Source: Candidatus Thorarchaeota archaeon
GTDB lineage: Archaea; Asgardarchaeota; Thorarchaeia; Thorarchaeales; Thorarchaeaceae
Direction: 5' to 3'
DNA length: 64,000 nt
NCBI GenBank assembly: GCA_021498125.1
Contig: JAIZWL010000001.1
Coordinates: 773,434 to 837,433, forward strand
The position numbers and the translations under genes were made by a program. Of this stretch, positions 27,141-36,961 are shown piece after piece. Position 1 is the stretch's first letter. Each line of letters starts with the position of its first letter. The notes under the pieces are model-generated. The model did not search any database, was not told the DNA's origin, and was given only the letters and a program-made list of their open reading frames with translations.

Positions 27141-30032
27141 TCACACGATATCTGGTGGATTGCCTCTATCCTCGACTGGGATCTCCCATTCGTTTTGTTG
27201 GGACATCCGGCGTCTACCTCTTCCTTTTCCATACTTGATGAATGCCACATAACACAGACCGACCACGACTATGATCAGTAGGCCCGTGGTCACTGATGTG
27301 ATAAATACGTCATCCGCTGCTTGAACTTGGATAAGAATGGTCTTTTCGTAGACACGTAGGTGACCAGTTGAGTCATATGCCTGTACATAGATGTGATAGA
27401 ATCCGCCCATGTCAATGACAAAGCTCGTTGCAAATTTATACCCTAATGACTCGATGACATCACTTGTCACGTTTGTACCATCTGGCTTTTCAATGTGGAC
27501 GGCCACGGATTGTAAGTCCTCATCAAAGATATATACGGTAAGGTTCGCGGTATCGCCGATTCTGCCTGCTTCAAAATCCACTCCATAGATCCGCGGAGAA
27601 ACGGGGATAATGGACTGTGCAAGGTTGCGGACAAATTGTAGATTATCGGCATTCATTTCTGTAGCCTTATTGATGATGTCATCATACAGCGTCGAGCCAT
27701 CTGCAATGGCAACGACTCTTCCGCGTCCAACATTTACTTCGGCAATCAATGCATGAGTCTTTGCAGCATCTGTCCAGAGAAGGCCTCTCGCACCTGCAAC
27801 GGACGGATCAATACTTAGTGTTCCTCCATAGACGATGTAGAGGTTTCTGACATCATCAACGAGTGGATCGTTTTCTACAGCCCCGCCATAATCTGCTCCA
27901 TAGACAAGGCCCTCTCCACTAGGTCCCACACCAATACTGTTCTTCTCACACTGAATTCCATACGGTGCTAAGATCTTGTTGTAGTCCGCCATATTGTATG
28001 ATGCATTGTGATAGACGGGGTCATAGTATTCTGAGAGGATGAGTAGCGTTCCTCCATCTCTCACGTACTCATGTATTGCATTGATTTCGGAGTCGGTGTA
28101 ATCAAGTTCTGTGTCCATGATCATGAACGATTCCGAATTTGATAGATCGTCAGGTGTTAGGTGCGATGTAAGCCAGCTCTTCTCTAGGCGGTCTGTGATC
28201 ATGCCTGCCTCTCTCAATTCCTGTCCGAAATAGTTGTAGTACCTTGGGTCATCAGGATCGTCATCAGATTGGTGGAGCATATCGACCAGAAGGCGACCTC
28301 CGTAAGTAGTGATCGAGTACGAGATGTCTAACGACGCGATAATCTCAGTTCCTACAACTAGTGACAGATTTCCCGTATATGTGCCCACGGCAGAGAGCGG
28401 AAGATTGCCTGAGATGTTCATGCCAATGCTGAAGTACGAATATCCTGTCTGAACAGATACTATGTTCGTTGATACATTAACATAATTAGTTGCATTACCC
28501 GACATGACTATGTCTACTTTTCCACGGTTCACGGTCGATATGATCGTGACCTTCTGGTTGGGCCTGTCATCACCAACGATGAGCACAGAAGACCCCTCGG
28601 GAAGAGTAGGATATCTAAGAGGTGTCATTAGTGTGATTATTCGAGAGGTCTCATTGATCAGTGTGGCTGACCGATTTGCATTGACCAGCCCCATTCCTTG
28701 GGCCATTGCATCAAGGTCCAGATCTGTTGCGCCAGCCATCAAGAATGCTTTGACCGCCAGTGGCGATAAACCAGGATATTGCTGTACCAATATTGCTACT
28801 ACACCTGCTACTAATGGTGTGGCAACAGAAGTACCCGACCACATGGTGTAGTAGTTCCCAAATTGGGTTGAATTATAAATTATATATTCACTAGGATTTG
28901 CCCCCGACCATCTTCCTGAAACGACATTTTCGCCTGGGGCAATTACATCCGGTTTGACTACCCGCCCACGCGGATAATGGACGTTTCGCACTACTGGCCC
29001 ACGCGAGCTAAACTGTGCAATCGCATCTGCTCCGTTGGAGGCACCCACAGTAATGGCCTCTTCAGTGATTCCTGGTGCATTAATCGTTTCTGTTGCAGGT
29101 CCGGAATTACCTGCTGCTATGACTACAGCAACTCCGTTGCTAATCGCGGCCTTACTGGCCTCGACTGAGGGATCTGCGAACATACTATCGGTCCATAGGC
29201 CTCCAATGCTCATGCTGATGACATCAACGCCCTGGTCCACAGCAAATTCAATGCCTTGTGCAATAATCGAGTCGTCCGTTGTTCCTGATGAGTCAAGGAT
29301 CTTTACGATGAGTAGATCTGCTCCTGGGGCCATGCCACTGTAATTTCCAGTACCCATATTTGTACCAGCCGCAAGCCATGCAGTACCAGTACCATGACCA
29401 TTATCGTCGTATGAATTGATGCCGTCTGCGGGATTCATATCGTCGTGATTGTTCACAAAATCTTTGAATCCGATAATCTTCCCTGCGAGATCGGGGTGAC
29501 CGCCCCACGCCCCACTATCAAGAAGTGCAATGGTAGTCCCTGAGCCATTATATCCCTTTTCCCAGAGTGGATTAATATTGAGTATCTTGTCCGGATGGAC
29601 ATATCCACTGTTCGACTTAGCAGCAATGCCATCTACTGGATCCTCTGCAAGAAGACCTACCTTTATGTCGAGAGTGATGGCGTTCACATACCCTGAGACT
29701 GCGAGTCGTACGATTGCCTGATTGGTTGCATAGGCGGAAACCATTGGAATGAGATGGAACACATGTCGTATCTCCACTCCCTTTGTCTCATACTGTTCGA
29801 CTACTTGCTCCATGTATGAGGAAGGTGTTCCATCAGGAAACTGAAAGACTACAGGTATTCGCTGACTGGTGCATTGCTCTTTTATTGCATTTTGAAGCGA
29901 TGGCGCAATAATTGACGGAACACTGTTGTTTGTCTTGACCGAAATACCTGATACTAAGGCTGGTATTGGTATTAACATAATTGTAATCAACAAAGCTGCA
30001 ATGAATTTGGTTCGATATCTGATCGGCGTCAT
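27141..30032 (-). CDS. Subtilisin-like serine protease (S8) with a C-terminal TM anchor and a short cytoplasmic tail
   Basis: Asp 'IALLDSGAWGGHPDL', His 'DDNGHGTGTAWLAAG', Ser 'WSGTSVATPLVAGVVAIL'. Signal/TM 'FIAALLITIMLIPIPALVSG' after the Met at 30032 (the ORF extends to 30167). C-terminal 'LLIIVVVGLCYVAFIKYGKGRGRRR'. Confidence 0.9.
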   Translation of the reverse strand: MTPIRYRTKFIAALLITIMLIPIPALVSGISVKTNNSVPSIIAPSLQNAIKEQCTSQRIPVVFQFPDGTPSSYMEQVVEQYETKGVEIRHVFHLIPMVSAYATNQAIVRLAVSGYVNAITLDIKVGLLAEDPVDGIAAKSNSGYVHPDKILNINPLWEKGYNGSGTTIALLDSGAWGGHPDLAGKIIGFKDFVNNHDDMNPADGINSYDDNGHGTGTAWLAAGTNMGTGNYSGMAPGADLLIVKILDSSGTTDDSIIAQGIEFAVDQGVDVISMSIGGLWTDSMFADPSVEASKAAISNGVAVVIAAGNSGPATETINAPGITEEAITVGASNGADAIAQFSSRGPVVRNVHYPRGRVVKPDVIAPGENVVSGRWSGANPSEYIIYNSTQFGNYYTMWSGTSVATPLVAGVVAILVQQYPGLSPLAVKAFLMAGATDLDLDAMAQGMGLVNANRSATLINETSRIITLMTPLRYPTLPEGSSVLIVGDDRPNQKVTIISTVNRGKVDIVMSGNATNYVNVSTNIVSVQTGYSYFSIGMNISGNLPLSAVGTYTGNLSLVVGTEIIASLDISYSITTYGGRLLVDMLHQSDDDPDDPRYYNYFGQELREAGMITDRLEKSWLTSHLTPDDLSNSESFMIMDTELDYTDSEINAIHEYVRDGGTLLILSEYYDPVYHNASYNMADYNKILAPYGIQCEKNSIGVGPSGEGLVYGADYGGAVENDPLVDDVRNLYIVYGGTLSIDPSVAGARGLLWTDAAKTHALIAEVNVGRGRVVAIADGSTLYDDIINKATEMNADNLQFVRNLAQSIIPVSPRIYGVDFEAGRIGDTANLTVYIFDEDLQSVAVHIEKPDGTNVTSDVIESLGYKFATSFVIDMGGFYHIYVQAYDSTGHLRVYEKTILIQVQAADDVFITSVTTGLLIIVVVGLCYVAFIKYGKGRGRRRMSQQNEWEIPVEDRGNPPDIV

Positions 30033-30172
30033 TTCGTGGGGCCCTTCTACTGATGCGTTTATCAATCTGTAATTAAGCATTCCTTTGACTGCTGTTTTGA
30101 TACTCGGTCTCTCCGAGCAGTGAAGTCTTATTATTTGATTGTATATAGATATCTGAGTGCAATGCACATTGA

Positions 30173-30484
30173 GTGAAAAAGGAGTTTAATACGTTGGGAA
30201 CAAAACCACCTAATTACGAACGCAGGCTGCAGATCAAGCATTTCTTTGATGACCGTACTACTGGGCAGACTCGACGAACATGGCTCGAGATTCAGTTGCT
30301 CCCCCCGGAGAAGAGCCCTGAAGGCTGGGTCAATGAGGGAAAGGTCAGGCTCACATTGGGTGAGGACCGCGATATCAAGGGATCTTTTCTTCTATCGATA
30401 TCCGAGGCTGCTCGCCTGCAAAAGGCGCTTGATATGATAGTCGAAGATCATGAGCTTGATATGGCTCGATTATGGCGAGAGTGA
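30173..30484 (+). CDS. Small hypothetical protein, possibly a PC4/YdbC-like ssDNA-binding fold
   Basis: Weak resemblance to PC4 C-terminal domain spacing: 'WLEIQLLPPEKSPEGWVNEGKVRLTLGEDRDIKGSFLLSISEAARLQKAL'. Confidence 0.35.
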   Translation: MKKEFNTLGTKPPNYERRLQIKHFFDDRTTGQTRRTWLEIQLLPPEKSPEGWVNEGKVRLTLGEDRDIKGSFLLSISEAARLQKALDMIVEDHELDMARLWRE

Positions 30485-30662
30485 TCGAGTCTAGTGTGGC
30501 GGTTCTTCCATATCGATAGTATCGCCACAGGCCTCCATTCTTTTTTAAGACCTGATGCTCCTAATAGGGAGTGACAACAGATTTATTCCTCGCTTTACTA
30601 TAGTAGAAGCAATACGAGGAGGACTATCATTGGCTGGTCTTGAAAATGTACTTGGCTATGTG

Positions 30663-31745
30663 ATGAAGATTGACTTTCAATTTCCAATGAGTGATATTAT
30701 TGCAGTAGTGCCGTACGTGCTTCCTATGCTGTTCATTGGTGCAACGCTCTTGTTGTATCAGCGGCATCTTGTCCCCGAAGCAATGAGTCGGAATGCCATG
30801 GTCTTTGTTGGTGCACTCTGCTACATTCTATCGTTCTTATTGATTCTGTATGCCGGGTTTGGCTCTGTGTGGTGGGGCCCACCGGAACTCACGTTTGGCT
30901 CATGGGCAATCTTCATGGGATTACTTCAGGCAACAACCGATCTTATCTTTGGGTCTGTGCTTGGAAGTGTCAGCTACATCCTCCTCATAACGGTACTCTT
31001 TATCTTTCTCGCCAAATCCGTGATCGCCCCACCCAACCCTGACTTTGTTAAAATAAAGGCGGAGTTGCGTGCTGCCGAGGATAACGTCAAGACTCTGACT
31101 GGTGAGGTTCAAAAATTAGAGGGTGAGAAGAAGCAGCTTACCGAGTTCCTCTCCGATAAGGAGACGACCCTCACCCGTCTGGAGAGTGAACTGACCTCGT
31201 TGAAAGCGCAGGTCGCACAGATTGAGGAGGAAAAGGCAGTATTACAGGCCGATCTCGCAGCAGCAAAGGAATCTCCCACTGTCGATGCTGATGCGGAACA
31301 GGAACTTCTTGCAACTATATCGAAGAAAGATCAGACTATTACTCGGTTGCAGGCTGAGATTGAGGATCTACGCCGCCGTGCAGAATCTGCGGCCCCTGCA
31401 AAAAGCACTGACAAGCTAGCTAAGATCGAAGAGCAGCTAAAGTCATGTCAGGGTCGGATGGAGAGTCTCGCTCGAAGGTCTGAGACCGCATCTGAGGTGA
31501 TAGACAGTGTGATCTCGGATATGGCCGAACTTATTTCGGATATTGACTCCAGTGGTCTTGATCCTTCGGCAAAGATCGCTTTGTCATCTCTGCTTGAAGG
31601 CTTGGGCCGGGCTGTAGGAAAGATATCACGCCCCTCGGAAGCACCACCTGAAGAAGAACCTCGTGTAGAGCTCATCGGAGCTGTTATGATGGTTCATGAA
31701 GTGGTGGATGCTGTAAAGCGTCTTGCACGCAGTGCTTCCTCATAG
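30663..31745 (+). CDS. Membrane protein (4 TM) with a long cytoplasmic coiled-coil domain
   Basis: N-terminal TM helices followed by about 200 aa of heptad-rich sequence ('LRAAEDNVKTLTGEVQKLEGEKKQLTEFLSDKETTLTRLESELTSLKAQVAQIEEEKAVLQ'). The ORF table opens at 30555. Confidence 0.55.
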   Translation: MKIDFQFPMSDIIAVVPYVLPMLFIGATLLLYQRHLVPEAMSRNAMVFVGALCYILSFLLILYAGFGSVWWGPPELTFGSWAIFMGLLQATTDLIFGSVLGSVSYILLITVLFIFLAKSVIAPPNPDFVKIKAELRAAEDNVKTLTGEVQKLEGEKKQLTEFLSDKETTLTRLESELTSLKAQVAQIEEEKAVLQADLAAAKESPTVDADAEQELLATISKKDQTITRLQAEIEDLRRRAESAAPAKSTDKLAKIEEQLKSCQGRMESLARRSETASEVIDSVISDMAELISDIDSSGLDPSAKIALSSLLEGLGRAVGKISRPSEAPPEEEPRVELIGAVMMVHEVVDAVKRLARSASS

Positions 31746-31766
31746 TTGCTTCTCTATGGACGATCC

Positions 31767-31815
31767 GAGAGAGGTCAATGATGGCCTCTCTCTCTTAACT
31801 TCTTTCGATTTTTAC
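31767..31815 (+). terminator. Hairpin (GAGAGAGG-tcaatgatgg-CCTCTCTC) followed by a T-rich tract
   Basis: Perfect 8-bp inverted repeat 22 nt after the stop codon, followed by 'ttaacttctttcgattttta'. Confidence 0.55.
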
Positions 31816-32069
31816 TAAAACAATCATTATTAGTCTTCAATTGTCAAAAGTTTATCTTACAAGATGTGAGTCGTAATGCTTAATAGTCACCGACGCGCCA
31901 AAATATTTAATCACACCGGATACCAGAGAACGCGAACAGAGGAGATAAATCCCGAAGAACCTTGAGGAGGGTTCTCGGGGTATTTTGGAGGTTCATTTAC
32001 GGCGTAGTGTGCACGCTACGTGCCACGCGCAAGTTCTCGGTGTTCAATTATGTGAGGAGAACGAAAAAA

Positions 32070-35000
32070 ATGAGCTATAAACGAACTGCAGCAGTTCTGT
32101 TGTTTATTGCGGCGTTGAGTCTGACAATGTTTGTCACGCCCGCGACACGCGTTAATACGGCAGAACCCGCTAGCGCTCCAACGCTCAGCCCAGAGGCCAA
32201 GGAGCAGCTGCAGCAATGGTATCAAGACGTTGCGCAGCCAGGCTACCAGGCCAAGGTCGATCCAGCATTGGCCGAGTGGGTTGAAACCGGAGTGCTTAGC
32301 GAAAAAGTCGTCAAGACCGCAGACGGCGGAGTCAGTGCGTTGCTTGTCTTAGCCCCATGGGCTGATGAAGCAAAGCTTGCTGACTTAGTTGAGGTGCAGT
32401 GGAAGGCTGATCTGAAGTACTTTAAAGTATGGCAGGTCACATTCTCAAGCACCAGCACAGTTTCTGCCGTTGCAGCTGTTAGTGGTGTCGGTTCTATTGA
32501 AGCCGACCAGTACAAGCTGAACATGGCTGACGACCTTCAGAAACATATCGCTACTCCAAGCACTCCTGAGCAAGGCGTGGATATCTATCATATCCGCCAA
32601 GTTGTCGGTGCTGAGACCGCTCCTGCCTCAAGTTACAATGGCACTGGAGTATACGTTGGTCAAGTTGACACTGGTGCGGACTTTGGTAACCCTGATCTTC
32701 AGGGCGCCTATGGTGCAGCCTATGACCCATCCGGTTATGGTCTAGTACCTACATTCTACCACGCTAACTCAACCCCAGTCAATGTAACAGAGTGGTCTGC
32801 CAGTCCATACAACCTTTTGACCTATGAGGGTTCAGATGGTAACATCTACCTTGATGTCAGCGGTTGGGACCCATTGCTCAATTATGAGGGCGGTGGACGA
32901 TACCTGATTGGTGATGGTGACGAAAATGCACCATACCACAAGAGGGTCGGCTTCATCTGGCTGTACGCTTACTACTGGGGCATTGAGGGTGCCGGTAATC
33001 TGATCAATAACTATCTCTGGAAAGACTGGTGTCTGCCAGACCCATCAAATGTATACGGAAATTACTCTGTTAACTTCGTCATGCAGCAGAGATGGGCTCC
33101 CTACGCCAAGATCTTCGCTCCAGCTCTTGTGATCAACAGTACCGCTGACAAGCAGTACCATCTCATCATCAACTGGGAGGACACAATGGGTTGGAACAAG
33201 CTCTGGACCGCAGGGTTCTACTACGAGTCTATTGATCTAACAAACATTCTTGATGCATACGATGTCATCAAAGAGTTCGACTGGAACTTCACCGATGATT
33301 TCGTAGAAGAAACATTCTCAAAGGCTAACCGGATTGTCGCACACGACTATGATGGAGACAGCATTGATGACTTCAGTCTTGGTGCGCTCTGTTATGTCTA
33401 CGACGCCGGTGAGTGGTTCGATACTGAACCCTACTTTGACGCATTCCGAGCCGACGGAGATGCATTTGCACTCTACTATGATGCTGGTACTCACGGTACC
33501 GCTACTGCATCTCAGGTCGCAGGACAAGGCGTCCTAACTTACAAGAACACTGATACAGGCGCAACCTTCAAGATGACTGGTGTTGCACCTGGTGCGAAGA
33601 TCTACTCAGTCCGCGGTCTCACAAGCGGTTCCGTCTTTGGCGGTTTCCTCTGGGCCTGTGGATTTGACTTGAATGCAACATCTGGTGAATTCGAGTACAC
33701 AGGGCATCACCTCTCCAATCTCGTTACAAACTCTTGGGGTTGGGTCGCTGACGCCACTAGTGAATTCAGTTACATGTCCATGACTTGGACAATCCTTTCA
33801 GTACCAAACCTACTTGATTCAACCTACCCTGGTGTCCTGCACGTATTCTCAGCAGGAAATGAGGGTGCTGGTTACATGACCGTTGCGGCTCCAGGTTGTG
33901 CATCTGGTGTCCTAACTGTAGGTGCATCTACAACAAGCCACTGGCTCGAGTACCTCTACGGACCTACTCAGCCATACGAGGGTATTGCATCATTCACCAG
34001 TAAGGGTCCCGATTTCTCCGGATATCCCAAGCCTGATGTGCTTGCACCGGGTCTTGCAGGATACGCAGCAGTCCCATGGTATAATCAGTTCATGGGTGCA
34101 TATTGGGGCAGCCACACCGATGAGTACACAGTCTTTGCTGGTACCAGTCAGGCCGCACCTGTTGCAGCTGGTGTTGCAGCTCTGTTGTTCGATGCTGCCA
34201 ACAACGCACTGACCTCATTCCAGGCAAAGATCATCCTGCAGCAGACGGCTGTTGATCTCGGCTATGATCCTGCTACTCAGGGCTTTGGTCGTATTGATGC
34301 AGCACGTGCAGTTGACTTCTATGTCAATAATGTTGGTAGAGTATCAGCCAACCTTGATTCTGCCGCAAATATTGCAAAGATTCTCCAAGATGCATGGAAG
34401 GCTGGAGGTATACTCCCCTCATCCCTTCTTGGTACATCTGTGAACACGAGCGCTGTAGCCTTCCCAGATAGTTATATGGAGGGATCGTTGTTCTTTGGCA
34501 ATGTTTGGCCGGGTACAACCTCTACAATCTATCAGTCCATAATGGACAATTCATCCGCCCTTGATAATTCTGGGTGGAGCTATAGCTATCAGCACTTCGT
34601 TAAGGCGGAGACCTTCCAGTTTACTGGTACGACTTTCGCCTATGTTGACGCCAATGTGTCTGGTGACTATGCCTATGGTTATTTCAACCTCCGCGAGGAG
34701 CTTGGTCATGCTACCTATGACAGCAACATGTCCACATACAAGTACGTCACAATTGGTGTGGCGTTCGCAGGAGATGCTGCTACTGGTGGTGAATACCCAT
34801 GGATGTTCCTCTATGACTGGGAGGACACCAATGTCACCGATGGTTATCCGAACCTCTGGAACGGAACCGATGGTAACGAGCTCCATAGGCTGACCAGTGC
34901 TAGTAATCCAAGCAACACGAACTTCATGTCGTTTGCCGATGCAACCAGCGATCTGGCTTCAGTGCTATCGGGTAACATGACAATGGTCATTCATGACCCA

Positions 35001-36821
35001 GTCTTTGATGTCAACGCAACTTATGTCAATGTCAGCGCACCTGGGCACGATTTCGTTGCTACTGTGACGTTCTGGAAAGTCACCGATCCTGGTGTCCTTT
35101 CTGCCGCCGCAGGTGGAACGACCAACACAGTGAACTTCACGTTGACTGTACCGGCCAATGCAGAAGCAGGCATCCACACGGGCTACGTCATTGCTACTAA
35201 GGGTAGCACTGTTATCAAGTTGCCATTCAGCTACAATGTAGTTGCTAACCTTAGTGCTGATGTCACCACGCCAACAACCGTTGTTGATGGCTTCGGAAGT
35301 GAGTTGACGCCATACGATGCGCCGCTCTACTGTTTAGCCTCGGATTCGAGCACGGCAGACTTCAGATCGTACTTGGTCTACAACCCACACAATGCCTCAT
35401 ACATGGGCGTTCGTGCTATCTGGGATGAACCAGGTTCTCAGATGTTTGTCGAGATCCTTGACCACAGTGGTAGCATCCTAGCTTCTGGTGGTGCCTCAAC
35501 TGCTACAACAACAGCCGTGATTGCTAACTTGGGTTCTTCACCCGTCGGCTACTACTACATCTTTGTCTACGCTGTAGCACTGAACGGAACTACATTCCTG
35601 CCAGTCAACTACACGCTAGAGGCAATCATGTACGAGAGCCTCACTGGTGGAGCAAACGATGTCATCTTGACCTACACGGCCAATGATGTCACGACTCCTG
35701 TTGCTATCCATGATGGCGACACAATCGTTGGTGATCATGCGGTCGTCAACGCTACGTATCCGAAATTCAACCTACCGAACATGCCTGAGTATGAGGTCGA
35801 TTACACGAAGATCTCATTCTTGTCTGGTGTCTTCTATCAACACACTGGTAATCTTGTGATTCCAAGTAGCTCCTACAATCCATTCTCTGGTACTATTGAT
35901 CTTACTCAGTTCGCGTGGGAGCGTGTTGATGGCATCAAGGCTGGAGACAATGTTGATGTCAAGGTCGACTTCACCAATGGCGACTGTGACATCATGATGT
36001 GGTGGGCAGATACCGACAATAGCAGCTGGTCATACGCCAACAACCTGATGGCTGATAAGATGGCTACTGGTAACAAGCCTGAGCATGGTTCGTTCACTGC
36101 GGACCGCGACGGTTCTATCATGATTGGTATCTTCGACTATGACCTCTCTGCTGGTCAGTACACAGTGACCGTTGACACCCGTGTTGGTGTGTCCAACCAA
36201 GCTTTGGGTGCAACTGTGACCTTTGACTCCTACTCGTTCCTCAAGAACGGTAGCTTCCAGGTCCAGATTCTTGCGACCACTATGACCAACATTAACTTCG
36301 AGGTCAACTTGGCCGAGCTCACCTTCCAGAACTTCTTCAGTCCAGATGTGACCAACGTGCAGATTTCCAAGTCTGGTAACGTGGTGACTATCACTTGGAC
36401 CGCAACAGACAGGAACGCAGGTGACGATCTCTACTTCGACATTTTGATGAGCCCTGACAGTGGCCTGACATGGCAGTACCTTGCTGTCAACCAGACAGGC
36501 AACTCTTACGTCTGGGACTCCTCGTCGTTCCTTGCACTCGACACCTACATGATCAGGGTTGATGTCTATGACAACGATCCGGTACAGAACCCAACTGTCG
36601 GACCTGGTGACTACTGGATGGGCCTGACTGACACCGCATACTCCTCAGTATTCTCTGCAGGAGCGGTGACAACAACACCCACTCCAACCACCTCCACAAC
36701 TACAACCGCAACTCCACCTGGTCCGGGACTTACGATCGACCCACTCATTATCGGTCTGATCGGCGGTATCGGCGTTGGTGTTGTGATCATCCTGATCTTG
36801 TTCCTAGTGAAGAAGAAGTAG
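32070..36821 (+). CDS. Very large subtilisin-like serine protease (S8, about 1580 aa) with a Thr/Pro stalk and a C-terminal TM anchor
   Basis: Asp 'VGQVDTGADFGNPDL', His 'YYDAGTHGTATASQVAG', Ser 'FAGTSQAAPVAAGVAALL'. Signal peptide 'MSYKRTAAVLLFIAALSLTMFV' at the ATG at 32070 (GAGGAG upstream). C-terminal 'TTTPTPTTSTTTTATPPGPGLTIDPLIIGLIGGIGVGVVIILILFLVKKK'. Confidence 0.9.
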   Translation: MSYKRTAAVLLFIAALSLTMFVTPATRVNTAEPASAPTLSPEAKEQLQQWYQDVAQPGYQAKVDPALAEWVETGVLSEKVVKTADGGVSALLVLAPWADEAKLADLVEVQWKADLKYFKVWQVTFSSTSTVSAVAAVSGVGSIEADQYKLNMADDLQKHIATPSTPEQGVDIYHIRQVVGAETAPASSYNGTGVYVGQVDTGADFGNPDLQGAYGAAYDPSGYGLVPTFYHANSTPVNVTEWSASPYNLLTYEGSDGNIYLDVSGWDPLLNYEGGGRYLIGDGDENAPYHKRVGFIWLYAYYWGIEGAGNLINNYLWKDWCLPDPSNVYGNYSVNFVMQQRWAPYAKIFAPALVINSTADKQYHLIINWEDTMGWNKLWTAGFYYESIDLTNILDAYDVIKEFDWNFTDDFVEETFSKANRIVAHDYDGDSIDDFSLGALCYVYDAGEWFDTEPYFDAFRADGDAFALYYDAGTHGTATASQVAGQGVLTYKNTDTGATFKMTGVAPGAKIYSVRGLTSGSVFGGFLWACGFDLNATSGEFEYTGHHLSNLVTNSWGWVADATSEFSYMSMTWTILSVPNLLDSTYPGVLHVFSAGNEGAGYMTVAAPGCASGVLTVGASTTSHWLEYLYGPTQPYEGIASFTSKGPDFSGYPKPDVLAPGLAGYAAVPWYNQFMGAYWGSHTDEYTVFAGTSQAAPVAAGVAALLFDAANNALTSFQAKIILQQTAVDLGYDPATQGFGRIDAARAVDFYVNNVGRVSANLDSAANIAKILQDAWKAGGILPSSLLGTSVNTSAVAFPDSYMEGSLFFGNVWPGTTSTIYQSIMDNSSALDNSGWSYSYQHFVKAETFQFTGTTFAYVDANVSGDYAYGYFNLREELGHATYDSNMSTYKYVTIGVAFAGDAATGGEYPWMFLYDWEDTNVTDGYPNLWNGTDGNELHRLTSASNPSNTNFMSFADATSDLASVLSGNMTMVIHDPVFDVNATYVNVSAPGHDFVATVTFWKVTDPGVLSAAAGGTTNTVNFTLTVPANAEAGIHTGYVIATKGSTVIKLPFSYNVVANLSADVTTPTTVVDGFGSELTPYDAPLYCLASDSSTADFRSYLVYNPHNASYMGVRAIWDEPGSQMFVEILDHSGSILASGGASTATTTAVIANLGSSPVGYYYIFVYAVALNGTTFLPVNYTLEAIMYESLTGGANDVILTYTANDVTTPVAIHDGDTIVGDHAVVNATYPKFNLPNMPEYEVDYTKISFLSGVFYQHTGNLVIPSSSYNPFSGTIDLTQFAWERVDGIKAGDNVDVKVDFTNGDCDIMMWWADTDNSSWSYANNLMADKMATGNKPEHGSFTADRDGSIMIGIFDYDLSAGQYTVTVDTRVGVSNQALGATVTFDSYSFLKNGSFQVQILATTMTNINFEVNLAELTFQNFFSPDVTNVQISKSGNVVTITWTATDRNAGDDLYFDILMSPDSGLTWQYLAVNQTGNSYVWDSSSFLALDTYMIRVDVYDNDPVQNPTVGPGDYWMGLTDTAYSSVFSAGAVTTTPTPTTSTTTTATPPGPGLTIDPLIIGLIGGIGVGVVIILILFLVKKK

Positions 36822-36837
36822 GACGTAGTATCTTAAC

Positions 36838-36870
36838 GGGGACGTAAGTCCCCTACCCCTTTCTTTTTTT
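36838..36870 (+). terminator. Hairpin (GGGGAC-gtaa-GTCCCC) plus TTTCTTTTTTT, an intrinsic terminator after the giant protease gene
   Basis: Perfect 6-bp stem with a tetraloop and an oligo-T tract, 17 nt after the stop codon. Confidence 0.7.
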
Positions 36871-36961
36871 CAGAAATGTTGTCTTCTGTTAGGGGCAATT
36901 CTAAAAGGCTGATTGTAATCACAAGTGGTGAGTGATTGTGATAGTTCTGAAGTGGCAGAGC

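Noticed and set aside
31980-32069. Upstream 36 codons of the ORF-table version of the giant protease (start 31962)
   Set aside because: The Met at 32070 is followed by a textbook signal peptide and preceded by GAGGAG. The upstream extension is basic and non-hydrophobic, so it is likely untranslated leader.
36900-36935. Short palindromes (TGATT-gt-AATCA) and GATTGTRAT repeats between convergent gene ends
   Set aside because: They lie between two convergent stops and beyond a clear terminator hairpin, so they are most parsimoniously incidental. Too short to assign function.
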